The notes beneath the pieces were generated by a model. It ran no database searches, was not told where the DNA came from, and saw only the letters and a list, made by a program, of their open reading frames with translations. A stretch of 64,000 nucleotides of DNA from NCBI GenBank assembly GCA_038215995.1, contig JBBQQL010000001.1, forward strand, positions 15,514 to 79,513, written 5' to 3'. The position numbers were made by a program, and so were the translations under genes. Within the stretch, counting starts at the first letter, position 1, and each line of letters starts with the position of its first letter. Shown here in pieces: positions 51,537 through 60,546 of the stretch. The stretch is from Lysobacterales bacterium (GTDB taxonomy: Bacteria > Pseudomonadota > Gammaproteobacteria > Xanthomonadales > Rhodanobacteraceae).

Positions 51537-53054
51537 TCAGTATGCTGCCGCGGCGATGTCGAAGCGTTCGACCCGACCGACTTTTGCCAGCGCGGCCTGG
51601 ACGTCGGGACGTGCGGTAACGGTGTTCCAGCGTTGTTGGAATACCCTCATCGTCGGTGTCTGATCGCTGCGCAGGTAATGCTGCATCTCGACCAAGGCAG
51701 CGCTACGCCAATCCGGGGCCTGCAACCGATCGATCAGCAGCGCCGCAGCGGCATCGAGATCGCCATGGCTCAGCAGGGCGCGCTGCCATGTGCCGATGTC
51801 ATCGGTGCGGTGTTGCCGTAAATAAGCCATCTCCCTGGCGATGGAAGCGGAGTCGTTCTTCTCCATGGCGATCTGCAATCTGACGTAACTCAGTTGCATG
51901 CGCCCCATCGGCGACATGGCCCCCGGCTCGACGATGGCGGCGGCGGCCTTGTCGGGCTGGTCCAGGTCGGTCAACAAGCCGGCGAGGTTGATCGACTGGC
52001 TGACGTTCACGCCGCCACCCTCGGGGCGTCGTGCGGCACGCGTCATTTCACGCACGGCATCGTCCCAGTGACCCGCGTGCGCGAGCGCAAGCGAACGCTG
52101 GTTAAGCACCCAGTTGTAGCTCTCGCCGAAGTCGGTATAGGTCTTTTCGCCATCGCCGCGTTCGGCGTGCGCCACGGCGGCGTCACTGACCGCGAGAACC
52201 TCGGCGTTCTGCCCTTTCTCGAGCAGCAGATCCTGCAATCGCTGGACGGGCTCGAGCTGGTCAGGATGGGCCTTGATCCGCGCCCGCGCGGCCTGGATCT
52301 GCGCGGCCAGCAGGCGATCCACATCAAAGGTCTGTGGCTGGCCGCGGGTAAGCGGGTCAAAGCGCTTGTCGATGCGCATGCTCAGGGCCGCCTGGGCGGA
52401 GCGGATGCGCTGGGCGACCGTTGCGGCACGCTTGGGGTTGTTGTGCTCGATCTGCATCAGTGCCAGGTCGCGCCACAGGGTGTCGTAGGCGCTCTGGCCA
52501 GCCTGCCACTTCGCATCGAACAGTGCATCGAGCATGGCGCGGTCAACGTCGTCTTCATGCGCTGCGCGCAGCGCAAAGTGGAGCTGCGCCATGCCCTGCG
52601 GGCGCACGTTGTCGAGCTTGTCAGGCCATTGGCTGGCGATAGTCTCCACACACCGTGCGGCGTCAGGGTTGTCGCTTATGTACATCGCGGCAAACAGACG
52701 AATCAGCCACGCGCCGCCCGCCGCCTGATCGAGCCCGGTGGCCTTGATCGCGAGGCCGTGTGCCTTGGCGTAGTGCTGTGTCTGGAGCGCTATCGCAGCT
52801 GCCACGTTCAACGTCTGGAAGCGGAGCGCGGGCGCCAACTCGCCAAAACTCGAGGCGGCAATGATCCTGTCCAGCTCAGGTACGGCTTTTACATAGTCGC
52901 CATTGCTGACCTCGCCGAATACCTGCCTGAGTTTGAGCGTCGCCTCCTGGACCTCGGTGGATGGTTGCGCGCGGATCGGCTCAATTGACGCGCACGCCAC
53001 GCCAACACCCAGCAGCATCACCCACGCTGCAGCTATCGTGATCGTCCTGTTCAT
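51537..53054 (-). CDS. Secreted helical-repeat (TPR-like) hypothetical protein
   Basis: Signal peptide with ACA; repeated Ala/Leu-rich helices; RIDKRFDP, NVSQSINLA. Confidence 0.7.
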   Translation of the reverse strand: MNRTITIAAAWVMLLGVGVACASIEPIRAQPSTEVQEATLKLRQVFGEVSNGDYVKAVPELDRIIAASSFGELAPALRFQTLNVAAAIALQTQHYAKAHGLAIKATGLDQAAGGAWLIRLFAAMYISDNPDAARCVETIASQWPDKLDNVRPQGMAQLHFALRAAHEDDVDRAMLDALFDAKWQAGQSAYDTLWRDLALMQIEHNNPKRAATVAQRIRSAQAALSMRIDKRFDPLTRGQPQTFDVDRLLAAQIQAARARIKAHPDQLEPVQRLQDLLLEKGQNAEVLAVSDAAVAHAERGDGEKTYTDFGESYNWVLNQRSLALAHAGHWDDAVREMTRAARRPEGGGVNVSQSINLAGLLTDLDQPDKAAAAIVEPGAMSPMGRMQLSYVRLQIAMEKNDSASIAREMAYLRQHRTDDIGTWQRALLSHGDLDAAAALLIDRLQAPDWRSAALVEMQHYLRSDQTPTMRVFQQRWNTVTARPDVQAALAKVGRVERFDIAAAAY

Positions 53055-53135
53055 TTTTTCCCCTGACATGGTGGACGTGGCACTCACGCCACGCGCCTCT
53101 GCTCAATGCTGTAGCGTCCATGCGAACACACGAAT

Positions 53136-53190
53136 GGTGTCAGGGACAATTCGAGCAACTTGGTAGCCGACAAAAATCGTCCCTCACACC
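53136..53190. repeat. REP-like inverted repeat
   Basis: GGTGTCAGGGACAATT (53136-53151) pairs with AATCGTCCCTCACACC (53175-53190), 14/16 match. Confidence 0.65.
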
Positions 53191-53234
53191 TTTCCCCAAC
53201 ATGCCGGGCAAGCGGCCCCTGTTTTATCTGAGCG

Positions 53235-53459
53235 TCAGCGAATGAGCGTTTCGTACGGGGGCAGGTCGGCATGCTGGACACACGCCTGCTCATAGACTTT
53301 CCGCAGCTCCATCGCCGTGATCTCATAGGACTCGATGATTTCGTCGTAGTCCGCCTGCTCCGGACCGGCGACGCCGTCTCTCTCGGCACTGTATTGCCCG
53401 GTAACCTGATGGATGGCCTGAATCGACATCATCAGTGCATTGGCGCTGATTTCGAGCAT
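53235..53459 (-). CDS. Tsi2-like immunity protein (74 aa, acidic)
   Basis: LMMSIQAI...YEITAMELRKVYEQACVQHADLPPYETLI matches the recalled P. aeruginosa Tsi2 pattern LMVAIQCV...YDLAADDLKNAYEQA..YSGLPPYDRLI. Confidence 0.8.
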   Translation of the reverse strand: MLEISANALMMSIQAIHQVTGQYSAERDGVAGPEQADYDEIIESYEITAMELRKVYEQACVQHADLPPYETLIR

Positions 53460-53486
53460 GGTAGTTCCTCGTTGACCGGACGGTGA

Positions 53487-53942
53487 TTACTTGAGGCTGA
53501 TGCGGAGTTCGCTGGCCCTTGCCACGCAGTTGCGCGCAAGCGCGTCCAGTGCTCCGCGCAGGGCATCGGCCCCGAGCTCGCCTCCGGTGGCAACTTCGAT
53601 TTGCCAATGCGTGCTTTGGTACTTCTCGTTCCGACTCCCCTGCACCAGCTTCAAGGTCGCGGGAATCACGGTACCCTCAGGGAGTAGAAAATAGCTCCAG
53701 TACGTGTTGCCGAAGACCCCTCTCTTGTCCCAAAGCGACGTGCCATGGCCCTTGATGAAGTAGCCGTCCCTGTCACTGCGCCAATCCTGGCGAGTAACCG
53801 CTTTTCCTGCGACGGTCACGGTGCGCGGGGCTATGTCACCATGCAGGACGGCAGGCGCTGCCTGACCATCCTCGCTGATGACGCCGTAGGTGAACTCGTC
53901 CTTGCGCACGCTTCGGTACAGATGTTCCTTTATTTTTTCCAT
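53487..53942 (-). CDS. Tse2-like toxin (ADP-ribosyltransferase-like fold)
   Basis: LYRSV, GTSLWDKRGV, FLLPEGTVIPATLKLVQGSRNEKYQSTHWQI, LRGALDALARN align by eye with recalled Tse2 LYRAV, GTSVFDRAGV, FVIPDGTDIPPDLKVKQDSYNKRLQATHYTI, LMGQLDNFVRN. Confidence 0.8.
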   Translation of the reverse strand: MEKIKEHLYRSVRKDEFTYGVISEDGQAAPAVLHGDIAPRTVTVAGKAVTRQDWRSDRDGYFIKGHGTSLWDKRGVFGNTYWSYFLLPEGTVIPATLKLVQGSRNEKYQSTHWQIEVATGGELGADALRGALDALARNCVARASELRISLK

Positions 53943-54077
53943 GATCGAATCCGTGATTTGGAACCGGTGAGTGGACGACTGTAACCCTGAAACACCATCA
54001 GGAGCGGAGGACACCGCAGAGGCTCGCTCTCGATGTGACGACAGGTCATTCAACGTCCACCGTCCCGTTTTCCAGCA

Positions 54078-54470
54078 TCAGCCAGCACTCTCGCGAACCT
54101 GGAACACATTGCCCTCGGGATCGTGACCGTCGCAGGCGGTAAATCCGCGGGCCTGCCACTCCTTCGCCTTGGCGCCAATGTGGCCGCCCAGTTGCGCGGC
54201 CCGGGTGCGCGCTTGGTCGATGTCATCGACCGGCAGACAGATCTTGATCGGCATGGCGTCGCGTATTTGCGGCGGTTGGGTGATCTCGATGCTGGAGGCG
54301 ATGCGCGCGGGAATACCGTGGATCACGAGCTGGAAGTGGCCGCCGTCGAGGACAATGTGATCCTTGTCGCCGTGCACCGCTTCCATGCCTGCGACGTCGC
54401 CGTAGAAACGGGCCATGCCCGCCACGTCCCTGGCGAAGACGACGGCGCTGGGTTTCGGTTTGCGGTTCAT
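54078..54470 (-). CDS. VOC/glyoxalase family protein
   Basis: VVFARDVAGMARFY; CDGHDPEGNVFQVRE. Confidence 0.88.
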   Translation of the reverse strand: MNRKPKPSAVVFARDVAGMARFYGDVAGMEAVHGDKDHIVLDGGHFQLVIHGIPARIASSIEITQPPQIRDAMPIKICLPVDDIDQARTRAAQLGGHIGAKAKEWQARGFTACDGHDPEGNVFQVRESAG

Positions 54471-54937
54471 GCCTTGGCGCCGGTGGTGAGTTTGCCGATC
54501 TCGATCACCGCCGCCAGGGTGCGGCGGGCGATGTTGACGTCGGCCTGCCCGACCCTGGCGATCAGTTCGGCGTCGATCAACTCGCGCGCCCCGGCCTGGG
54601 TCGCTGCGGCAGCCTGACCGCGTTCGGTCAGGGTGATGGTCAGCTTGCGCCGGTCGCTCTCGTCGACATCGCGTTTCAGATAGCCGCGAGTGACCAGTGC
54701 GTCGACCAGTTGGCCGGCGGCCTGCTTGGAGATACGCAACTCATGGATCAGCTCGCCCAGAGGCGCATCCCCGGCTCCCATGGCCAGGCCGCCCAGAACG
54801 TATAGGCCGTTGGCGGGAATGTCGTCGTAGCCTGCGTCAGCCAGCGCCTGACGCATGGCCACGCCGTAGGTGTTGCGCGCATGCCGCAACAGCGCGGGAA
54901 TCACCACCTGCAGGTGCCAGGGCTTGTTTTCGGTCAT
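54467..54937 (-). CDS. MarR-family regulator
   Basis: LRISKQAAGQLVDALVTRGYLKRDVDESDRRKLTITLTERG. Confidence 0.92.
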   Translation of the reverse strand: MTENKPWHLQVVIPALLRHARNTYGVAMRQALADAGYDDIPANGLYVLGGLAMGAGDAPLGELIHELRISKQAAGQLVDALVTRGYLKRDVDESDRRKLTITLTERGQAAAATQAGARELIDAELIARVGQADVNIARRTLAAVIEIGKLTTGAKA

Positions 54938-54950
54938 GATGGCTCAACTA

Positions 54951-54972
54951 GTCAATAATATTGACAGTCAAT
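54951..54972. promoter_or_regulatory. Overlapping palindromes, putative MarR operator
   Basis: GTCAATA-A-TATTGAC (54951-54965) and ATTGAC-A-GTCAAT (54960-54972), just upstream of the marR start. Confidence 0.7.
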
Positions 54973-55235
54973 ATACACGACCACCAAGGCGCGACAAGTG
55001 CGCGCCGGTCATCGCTTTCCCGGGTCAGTGGCGGCGCACACCGTGGATCGGGGTCGGGCCCACTTCCGCACGAGGGATAGGTAAACCTGATCGCGCTTTG
55101 CTCCGGCACGCCCGTTCTCCAACGCTAGTCTGCGGAACAAGAGTGTCCGTCATACCCGGGCCGGCTCAACCCGACCGCGTTTTTTCTTTCCGCTGACTTC
55201 AGCGGACACTTGCGCACGGCCGACTTATGCAAAAC

Positions 55236-55255
55236 ACTGAACCACATGGTTCAGT
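55236..55255. promoter_or_regulatory. Palindrome over arsR start, putative autoregulatory operator
   Basis: ACTGAACCA-CA-TGGTTCAGT, perfect 9-2-9, includes ATG 55246. Confidence 0.75.
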
Positions 55256-55611
55256 ATGAGTCCACCACCTTCGACGCCTCGTTCGCCGCGCTTTCGGACA
55301 TCACCCGTCGCGGCGTACTCGAGCAGCTCGGCCGCGCGGACGCCTCCATCACTGAGTTGGCCGACACGTTCCGGATGTCGCTCACCGGCATGAAAAAGCA
55401 TGTCGACGTGCTGGAACAGGCGGGCCTGGTCACGACCCAGAAGGTCGGACGCGTGCGGACCTGCACGCTGGGCGCGCACTGCCTGGAGCAGGAAGCGGCC
55501 TGGATTGCGCGCCACCAACAGCTGTGGAGCGAGCGCTTCGACGCGCTCGACGGCGTCTTGGACGAACTCAAACGACAGGAGAAGGCCGATGGACGCAAGC
55601 AAAGAAAGTGA
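55246..55611 (+). CDS. ArsR/SmtB-family regulator
   Basis: FAALSDITRRGVLEQL..KKHVDVLEQAGLV...KVGRVRTC. Confidence 0.92.
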   Translation: MVQYESTTFDASFAALSDITRRGVLEQLGRADASITELADTFRMSLTGMKKHVDVLEQAGLVTTQKVGRVRTCTLGAHCLEQEAAWIARHQQLWSERFDALDGVLDELKRQEKADGRKQRK

Positions 55612-56107
55612 TCGCACCAACCATGGCGTGGAGGTGACGCGGGTCTCCGACCGTGAGTTGGTCGTGACGCGACTGTTCGACGCCCCGGCGCGCCTGGTGT
55701 TCGAGGCGTGGACGAAGCCGGAATGGTTCCGCCAGTGGTGGACGCCGGCGTCGTTCGGCATGACCTTCCTGGCCTGCGAGATGGACGCCCGCACGGGCGG
55801 CACCTACCGCCTCGAGTTCAGCCACCCCTGCTCGGAGCAGCCAGCGGCGTTCTACGGCCGCTACCTGGAGGTAACGCCCTACTCCAAGGTGGTCTGGACC
55901 AACGAGGAAGGCGGCGGCGACGGCGCGGTCACCACGGTGACCTTCGAGGAACAGGGCGGGCAGACGCGTGTTGTCATGCACGACCTCCACCCATCGAAGG
56001 AAGCGCTGGATGAGGCCATCAGCTCCGGCAGCACCAGCTGCACTGAGGAGCAGTTCGCGCAGTTGAACGATCTGCTCAGCTCGTCGGCGGCTGCAGCGTG
56101 CCAGTGA
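55589..56107 (+). CDS. SRPBCC/AHSA1-domain protein
   Basis: DRELVVTRLFDAPARLVFEAWTKPE..QWW; EMDARTGGTYR; TVTFEEQGGQT. Confidence 0.92.
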   Translation: MDASKESDRTNHGVEVTRVSDRELVVTRLFDAPARLVFEAWTKPEWFRQWWTPASFGMTFLACEMDARTGGTYRLEFSHPCSEQPAAFYGRYLEVTPYSKVVWTNEEGGGDGAVTTVTFEEQGGQTRVVMHDLHPSKEALDEAISSGSTSCTEEQFAQLNDLLSSSAAAACQ

Positions 56108-56154
56108 AGTTTGATCAAAAATTGTCCCTGGCACGAATGGCACTGACTTGAGCC

Positions 56155-56268
56155 CGTCATCCTCGCGAGGCGCTTTGCAACAGCGAAACTGGTCAAGCGA
56201 GGATCCAGAGCCTTTGGCTACGGGGAAAAGGCCGAGGTCACTGGATTCCTGCTCCCGCAGGAATGACG
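56155..56268. repeat. dRS3/CIR-like REP or MITE element (114 bp)
   Basis: Termini CGTCAT/ATGACG; ATCCTCGC..GCGAGGAT; GGATCCAG..CTGGATTC; ATTCCTGC-TCCC-GCAGGAAT. Confidence 0.75.
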
Positions 56269-56317
56269 AAAGATGGCGACTCGCGCTCAAGTCCGCGCCA
56301 TTCGTCCCCGACACCTA

Positions 56318-56864
56318 TCAACCCTGCAGCTGCGTGAAACTCATCCCCGTCACGTTGGCCCGCATGATCCGCCGTTCCAGCTCATCGCGTGCAGCATCGT
56401 TGACGTAGATGTCGCCGGGCATGGAGGGCTCGATGAACACCGCGGCATCTGCCGGAATCGCCGAATCGATGAACGACGGTTTGTTGATCGCCCCCGAGGC
56501 CCGCCTTTGCGATCACTCCGGATCGACGCCATCGATAGGGTGGGTCGGGTTGAAGTAATACTCGACATGACCGTCGACATCGACCTCGAGAAACTGACCA
56601 AACTGCGACAGGAAATCACCGAGCGTATCCCGTGCCTTGGCGCTCATGACCAGGCCTTCGGCGGTGAATGGGCTGATGTCGGCGCGTGGCTTGGGGCCCT
56701 TCTGACGACGATCCTTGAAGACCTCCAGCTTCGGCGGCGCAGTCCAGCGCAGCGGGCGACCATTGCCTTCGAAATGCTTCCAGAAATCGTCGTCCGAATC
56801 ATCGGCAACCACCAGCATGGCCACATTGTTGACCAGGTCATTCTCTAATTTGCCAAACGTTCAT
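56318..56864 (-). pseudogene. Orphan Imm11 (DUF1629)-like immunity gene with frameshift and in-frame TGA
   Basis: MNVWQIRE frameshifts to NDLVNNVAML; ADISPF..GLVMSAKARDTL..FGQFLEV..YYFNPTHPIDGVDPE, TGA at 56513-56515, then SQRRASGAINKPSF..IYVNDAARDELERRI. Confidence 0.65.
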
Positions 56865-56963
56865 GGGTTGAACACCACTCGTCAATTATTCCTGAGACCT
56901 TTTTCCAAGCATCACACTCACGGGCTGGACAGGATGATAGGGCTTCGGTGAGCATGAACGACT

Positions 56964-58643
56964 ATGCCCGCCCCTTCCACGCCGCCCGGAGAACTGCTGC
57001 AGCTGCTGCCCGAGGCAGTGGTGCAGACGGACGCGCTGTGGGTTATCACCTACTTGAATCCCGCCTGGCACAAGCTTACGGGCCATGCGCTGGATGGGTC
57101 GCTCGGTCAGTCCTTGCTTGACTTCGTGCATCCCGACGACACCGGTACCTTGCGATCAGGCATGCCGGTGTTCCGGCTGCGCCTGGCAAACTCGGACTAT
57201 CGCTGGATGCGCCTGCAACTGCAGCCGCAGCATGACGCCGCGCATCGAGTGATCAGTCGCCAGGGCGTCCTGATCGAGATCACCGAGATCACCGAACACG
57301 TATTGATGGAGGTCCGCCAGCGCTTCCTGCGGCTGCTGGAAACCATCGACGGCGTTGTTTGGGAAGCCGAACTCGGCGTGGGCAATACGTTCCTGAGCCC
57401 GCAGGTCGAGCGCCTTTTCGGCTACTCGGTGGAAGAGTGGCGGGCCGATCCGCGTTTCTGGCGGCAGCATGTGCATCCCGATGACTTGCCCGAAGCACTG
57501 GTCATTGACGATGCTGCGTACAACGCAACGCACAGCTATGCGTACGAGATGAGTTACCGGTTGATCGCCAAATCCGGAAACGTCATATGGGTGCGCGACC
57601 TGTGTCGCGTGGTGGTCGACAAGGACCGCCCGAATCGCATGATCGGCCTGATGATTGACGTGACCCAGCAGAAAAACACCGAACTCGAGCTGGTGCAATC
57701 TGACAACCGCTATGCACTCGCCACCCGCGGATCCAATGACGGTATCTGGGACTGGAACCTGCAAACGGACGTCTTGCACGTGTCCCAGCGCTTCCATGAG
57801 ATTGTCGGGCTGAGCGACACCGGCAACCTGCATGAAGACGGCTGGCACTTTCTGCAACAGCTCATTGATCCCGATGACCATGAACGCGTGCAGATGGCGT
57901 ACCGCAGGCACCTGTCGGGAAACCGCCCGAACTTTTCCGTGGATTTTCGCGCTCGTCTTGGATCGGGGCGACTGGTGTGGCTCAATTGGCGCGGGGTCGC
58001 CCAATTCGAAGACGGCGTAGCCGTGCGGATGGCCGGGTCACTCAGCGATCTGGCGGAGCGCGGCAGCTCCTACGACGCCTTGACCAACCTGCCCGGCCGC
58101 CCGTTGTTCCGCGATCGCCTCGAGCACGCCATCGCTGTGCATCAGGACGCGGCTTCGAAAGCTGGTGACGCGCAGACACAAGGCGACGCCACCCTGTTCG
58201 CCGTGCTGCTGCTGGACCTCGATCAGTTCAAGGCAGTCAATGACACCCTTGGACACCATGTGGGTGACCAACTGTTGCAGCAGGTGGCACGCCGGCTTGA
58301 ATCCTGCGTACGGGCGGTTGATCTTGTCGCCCGCATGAGTGGCGATGAGTTCAACGTGTTGCTTGAGTGTGTCGATCAAGCGGGTGCCACCGATCGGGCC
58401 CGACACATTGCCGCCGCCCTCGCCGCCCCCTACCAGATCGACACGCATACCGTGACCTGCGGCGCGAGCATCGGGGTGGTCAGCAGCCAGTCCGGCTTCG
58501 CGACCACCGATGACTACCTGCGCGCCGCCGACGTCGCCATGTACCAGGCCAAGAGCCATGCATTGGGCGTGTGCGTTTTTTCCAAAACCGGCGTTGACGT
58601 GCACTCACTTGAAAGGCCGACTCCGACCCCGGGCTCCCTTTAA
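56964..58643 (+). CDS. Multi-PAS diguanylate cyclase
   Basis: Three PAS/PAC units (VHPDD twice, IDPDD); YDALTNLPGR; DLDQFKAVNDTLGH; RAVD I-site; SGDEF. Confidence 0.9.
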   Translation: MPAPSTPPGELLQLLPEAVVQTDALWVITYLNPAWHKLTGHALDGSLGQSLLDFVHPDDTGTLRSGMPVFRLRLANSDYRWMRLQLQPQHDAAHRVISRQGVLIEITEITEHVLMEVRQRFLRLLETIDGVVWEAELGVGNTFLSPQVERLFGYSVEEWRADPRFWRQHVHPDDLPEALVIDDAAYNATHSYAYEMSYRLIAKSGNVIWVRDLCRVVVDKDRPNRMIGLMIDVTQQKNTELELVQSDNRYALATRGSNDGIWDWNLQTDVLHVSQRFHEIVGLSDTGNLHEDGWHFLQQLIDPDDHERVQMAYRRHLSGNRPNFSVDFRARLGSGRLVWLNWRGVAQFEDGVAVRMAGSLSDLAERGSSYDALTNLPGRPLFRDRLEHAIAVHQDAASKAGDAQTQGDATLFAVLLLDLDQFKAVNDTLGHHVGDQLLQQVARRLESCVRAVDLVARMSGDEFNVLLECVDQAGATDRARHIAAALAAPYQIDTHTVTCGASIGVVSSQSGFATTDDYLRAADVAMYQAKSHALGVCVFSKTGVDVHSLERPTPTPGSL

Positions 58644-58702
58644 TCGCCAGCACCTCTTGCAGCACAGCGACAAGCCAACCCGAGGATGATCCATTGCGCA
58701 CC

Positions 58703-60292
58703 ATGATTGACCCGAAGAAGTTGTTTCTCCTGGTGGCCGTCTGCGGATGTTTCATGTCATCCGCCCTGGCGGCGGACCAGGCCAGCACCAGGCCTGCGGC
58801 ACCGGATTTCAAGCCGGCCGCGGTCACCACCGACGGTTCGGTCACGGTCGCCGGCAAGCGCATCGAGTACCGCGCCGTCGCCGGCACGCTCATCGTGCAC
58901 GCCAAGGGCTGGGATGACGCGGCGCCGGCCGGCGCGAAGGAGGACGGCCACGACAATCCGACCGCCGTCGCCTCGATGTTCTACACGGCCTATTTCAAGA
59001 AGGGAGCGAAGGCCGCCAACCGCCCGCTGACCTTCCTGTTCAACGGCGGGCCGGGCTCCTCCAGCATTTGGGTGCATATGGGTGCATTCGGCCCGGTGCG
59101 CGTGGTCACCAACGGCGTCAAGCACACGCCGGCCGCGCCCTACGCCGTCATCAACAACAACGACAGTCTTCTGGATACCTCGGACCTGGTGTTCATCGAC
59201 GCGCCGGGCACGGGCTTCAGCCGCATCGGCGGCAAGGACGCGTCCAAGTCGTTTTACGGCGTCGACCAGGACATCCACGCGTTTGCCGTTTTCATTCGCG
59301 AGTTCCTGAGCAAATATGGCCGCTGGAATTCCCCGAAATACGTCTTTGGCGAAAGCTACGGCACCATGCGCGGCGCCGGCCTCGCCTATGCGCTGCAGCA
59401 GGAGCACATCGACCTCAACGGCGTCATCCTGCTCTCGGACATCTTGAATTGGGACCTCGTGCCCGATGATCCGGAGTTGAATCCGGGCATTGACGAGCCG
59501 TACATCATGTCCCTGCCCAGCTATGCCGCGACAGCCTGGTATCACCACAAGCTGGCCAACCGCCCGGAGCAGCTGCAGCCATTTCTGGCCGACGTGGAAA
59601 CCTTCGCGATCGGCGAATACGCCCATGCGCTGATGCTCGGCGATCAACTGGACCCGAGGGGCCGTATGGCGGTCGCCGAGAAGCTTCACGCCTACACCGG
59701 CCTGCCGATCGCCTACTTGCTGAAAACAGGTCTGCGCATCGAGTACGGCGCCTTCCAGAAGGAGGTATTGAGCGACCAGGACGAGACGACCGGGACGCTA
59801 GACACACGCTTCGTCGGGCCGACCCTCGACCCGCTGTCGAAAATCGCCAAATACGATCCGCAGGGCGCTGCGATCTCCTCCGCCTATGTCGCGGCGTGGA
59901 ACACCTATGCGCGCAAGACACTCAAATACGGCAGCAACCAGACGTTCAAGGCGGGCATCCCTGTCTACGAAAGCTGGGACTACCGGCACCAGCCGCCTGG
60001 CGCACCCCATCCCTTGATCGCGCTACCCAATGTGTTGCCGGACCTTGCCGCGGCGATGAAGCAGAATCCCGATCTCAGGGTGATGGTCAATGGCGGCTAT
60101 TTCGACATCTCCACGCCCTTCTTTGCCGGCAAGTTCGAACTGGAGCATCTCCCGATTCCTGCCTTGCTGCGCAAGAACATCGAATACCACTACTACGAAT
60201 CCGGCCACATGGTGTACGTCACGCCATCGAAACTCGCCGAACTGCACGACAACGTCGCGGCCTTCATTCGGGGAACGGGCAACGCGAAATGA
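58703..60292 (+). CDS. Secreted S10 serine carboxypeptidase
   Basis: Signal peptide; FNGGPGSSS, DLVFIDAPGTG, GESYG, GYFDISTP, YESGHMVY. Confidence 0.92.
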   Translation: MIDPKKLFLLVAVCGCFMSSALAADQASTRPAAPDFKPAAVTTDGSVTVAGKRIEYRAVAGTLIVHAKGWDDAAPAGAKEDGHDNPTAVASMFYTAYFKKGAKAANRPLTFLFNGGPGSSSIWVHMGAFGPVRVVTNGVKHTPAAPYAVINNNDSLLDTSDLVFIDAPGTGFSRIGGKDASKSFYGVDQDIHAFAVFIREFLSKYGRWNSPKYVFGESYGTMRGAGLAYALQQEHIDLNGVILLSDILNWDLVPDDPELNPGIDEPYIMSLPSYAATAWYHHKLANRPEQLQPFLADVETFAIGEYAHALMLGDQLDPRGRMAVAEKLHAYTGLPIAYLLKTGLRIEYGAFQKEVLSDQDETTGTLDTRFVGPTLDPLSKIAKYDPQGAAISSAYVAAWNTYARKTLKYGSNQTFKAGIPVYESWDYRHQPPGAPHPLIALPNVLPDLAAAMKQNPDLRVMVNGGYFDISTPFFAGKFELEHLPIPALLRKNIEYHYYESGHMVYVTPSKLAELHDNVAAFIRGTGNAK

Positions 60293-60546
60293 TGCCCCAT
60301 GCGCTCCGCATCAACAAAAAAGGAGACGGAGCGTGCAGGCGTTTGACATGAGATCATTTGACTTCCTCCGTCCCGGCTTCGCCTCGGTTTCGCCTGGCCG
60401 TCGCGTCAAATCGCTCGGCTGCCTGAGCGATCAGAAGCGCACTAATCTGCAAGACGGCCCCGTCGCCTGTCGCTATGATTTTCACGGGTCGGCTGACCCA
60501 TTGCGGCAGCTGGTGAGCAGAACATTTCCGATCAAGGCGGCCAGCC

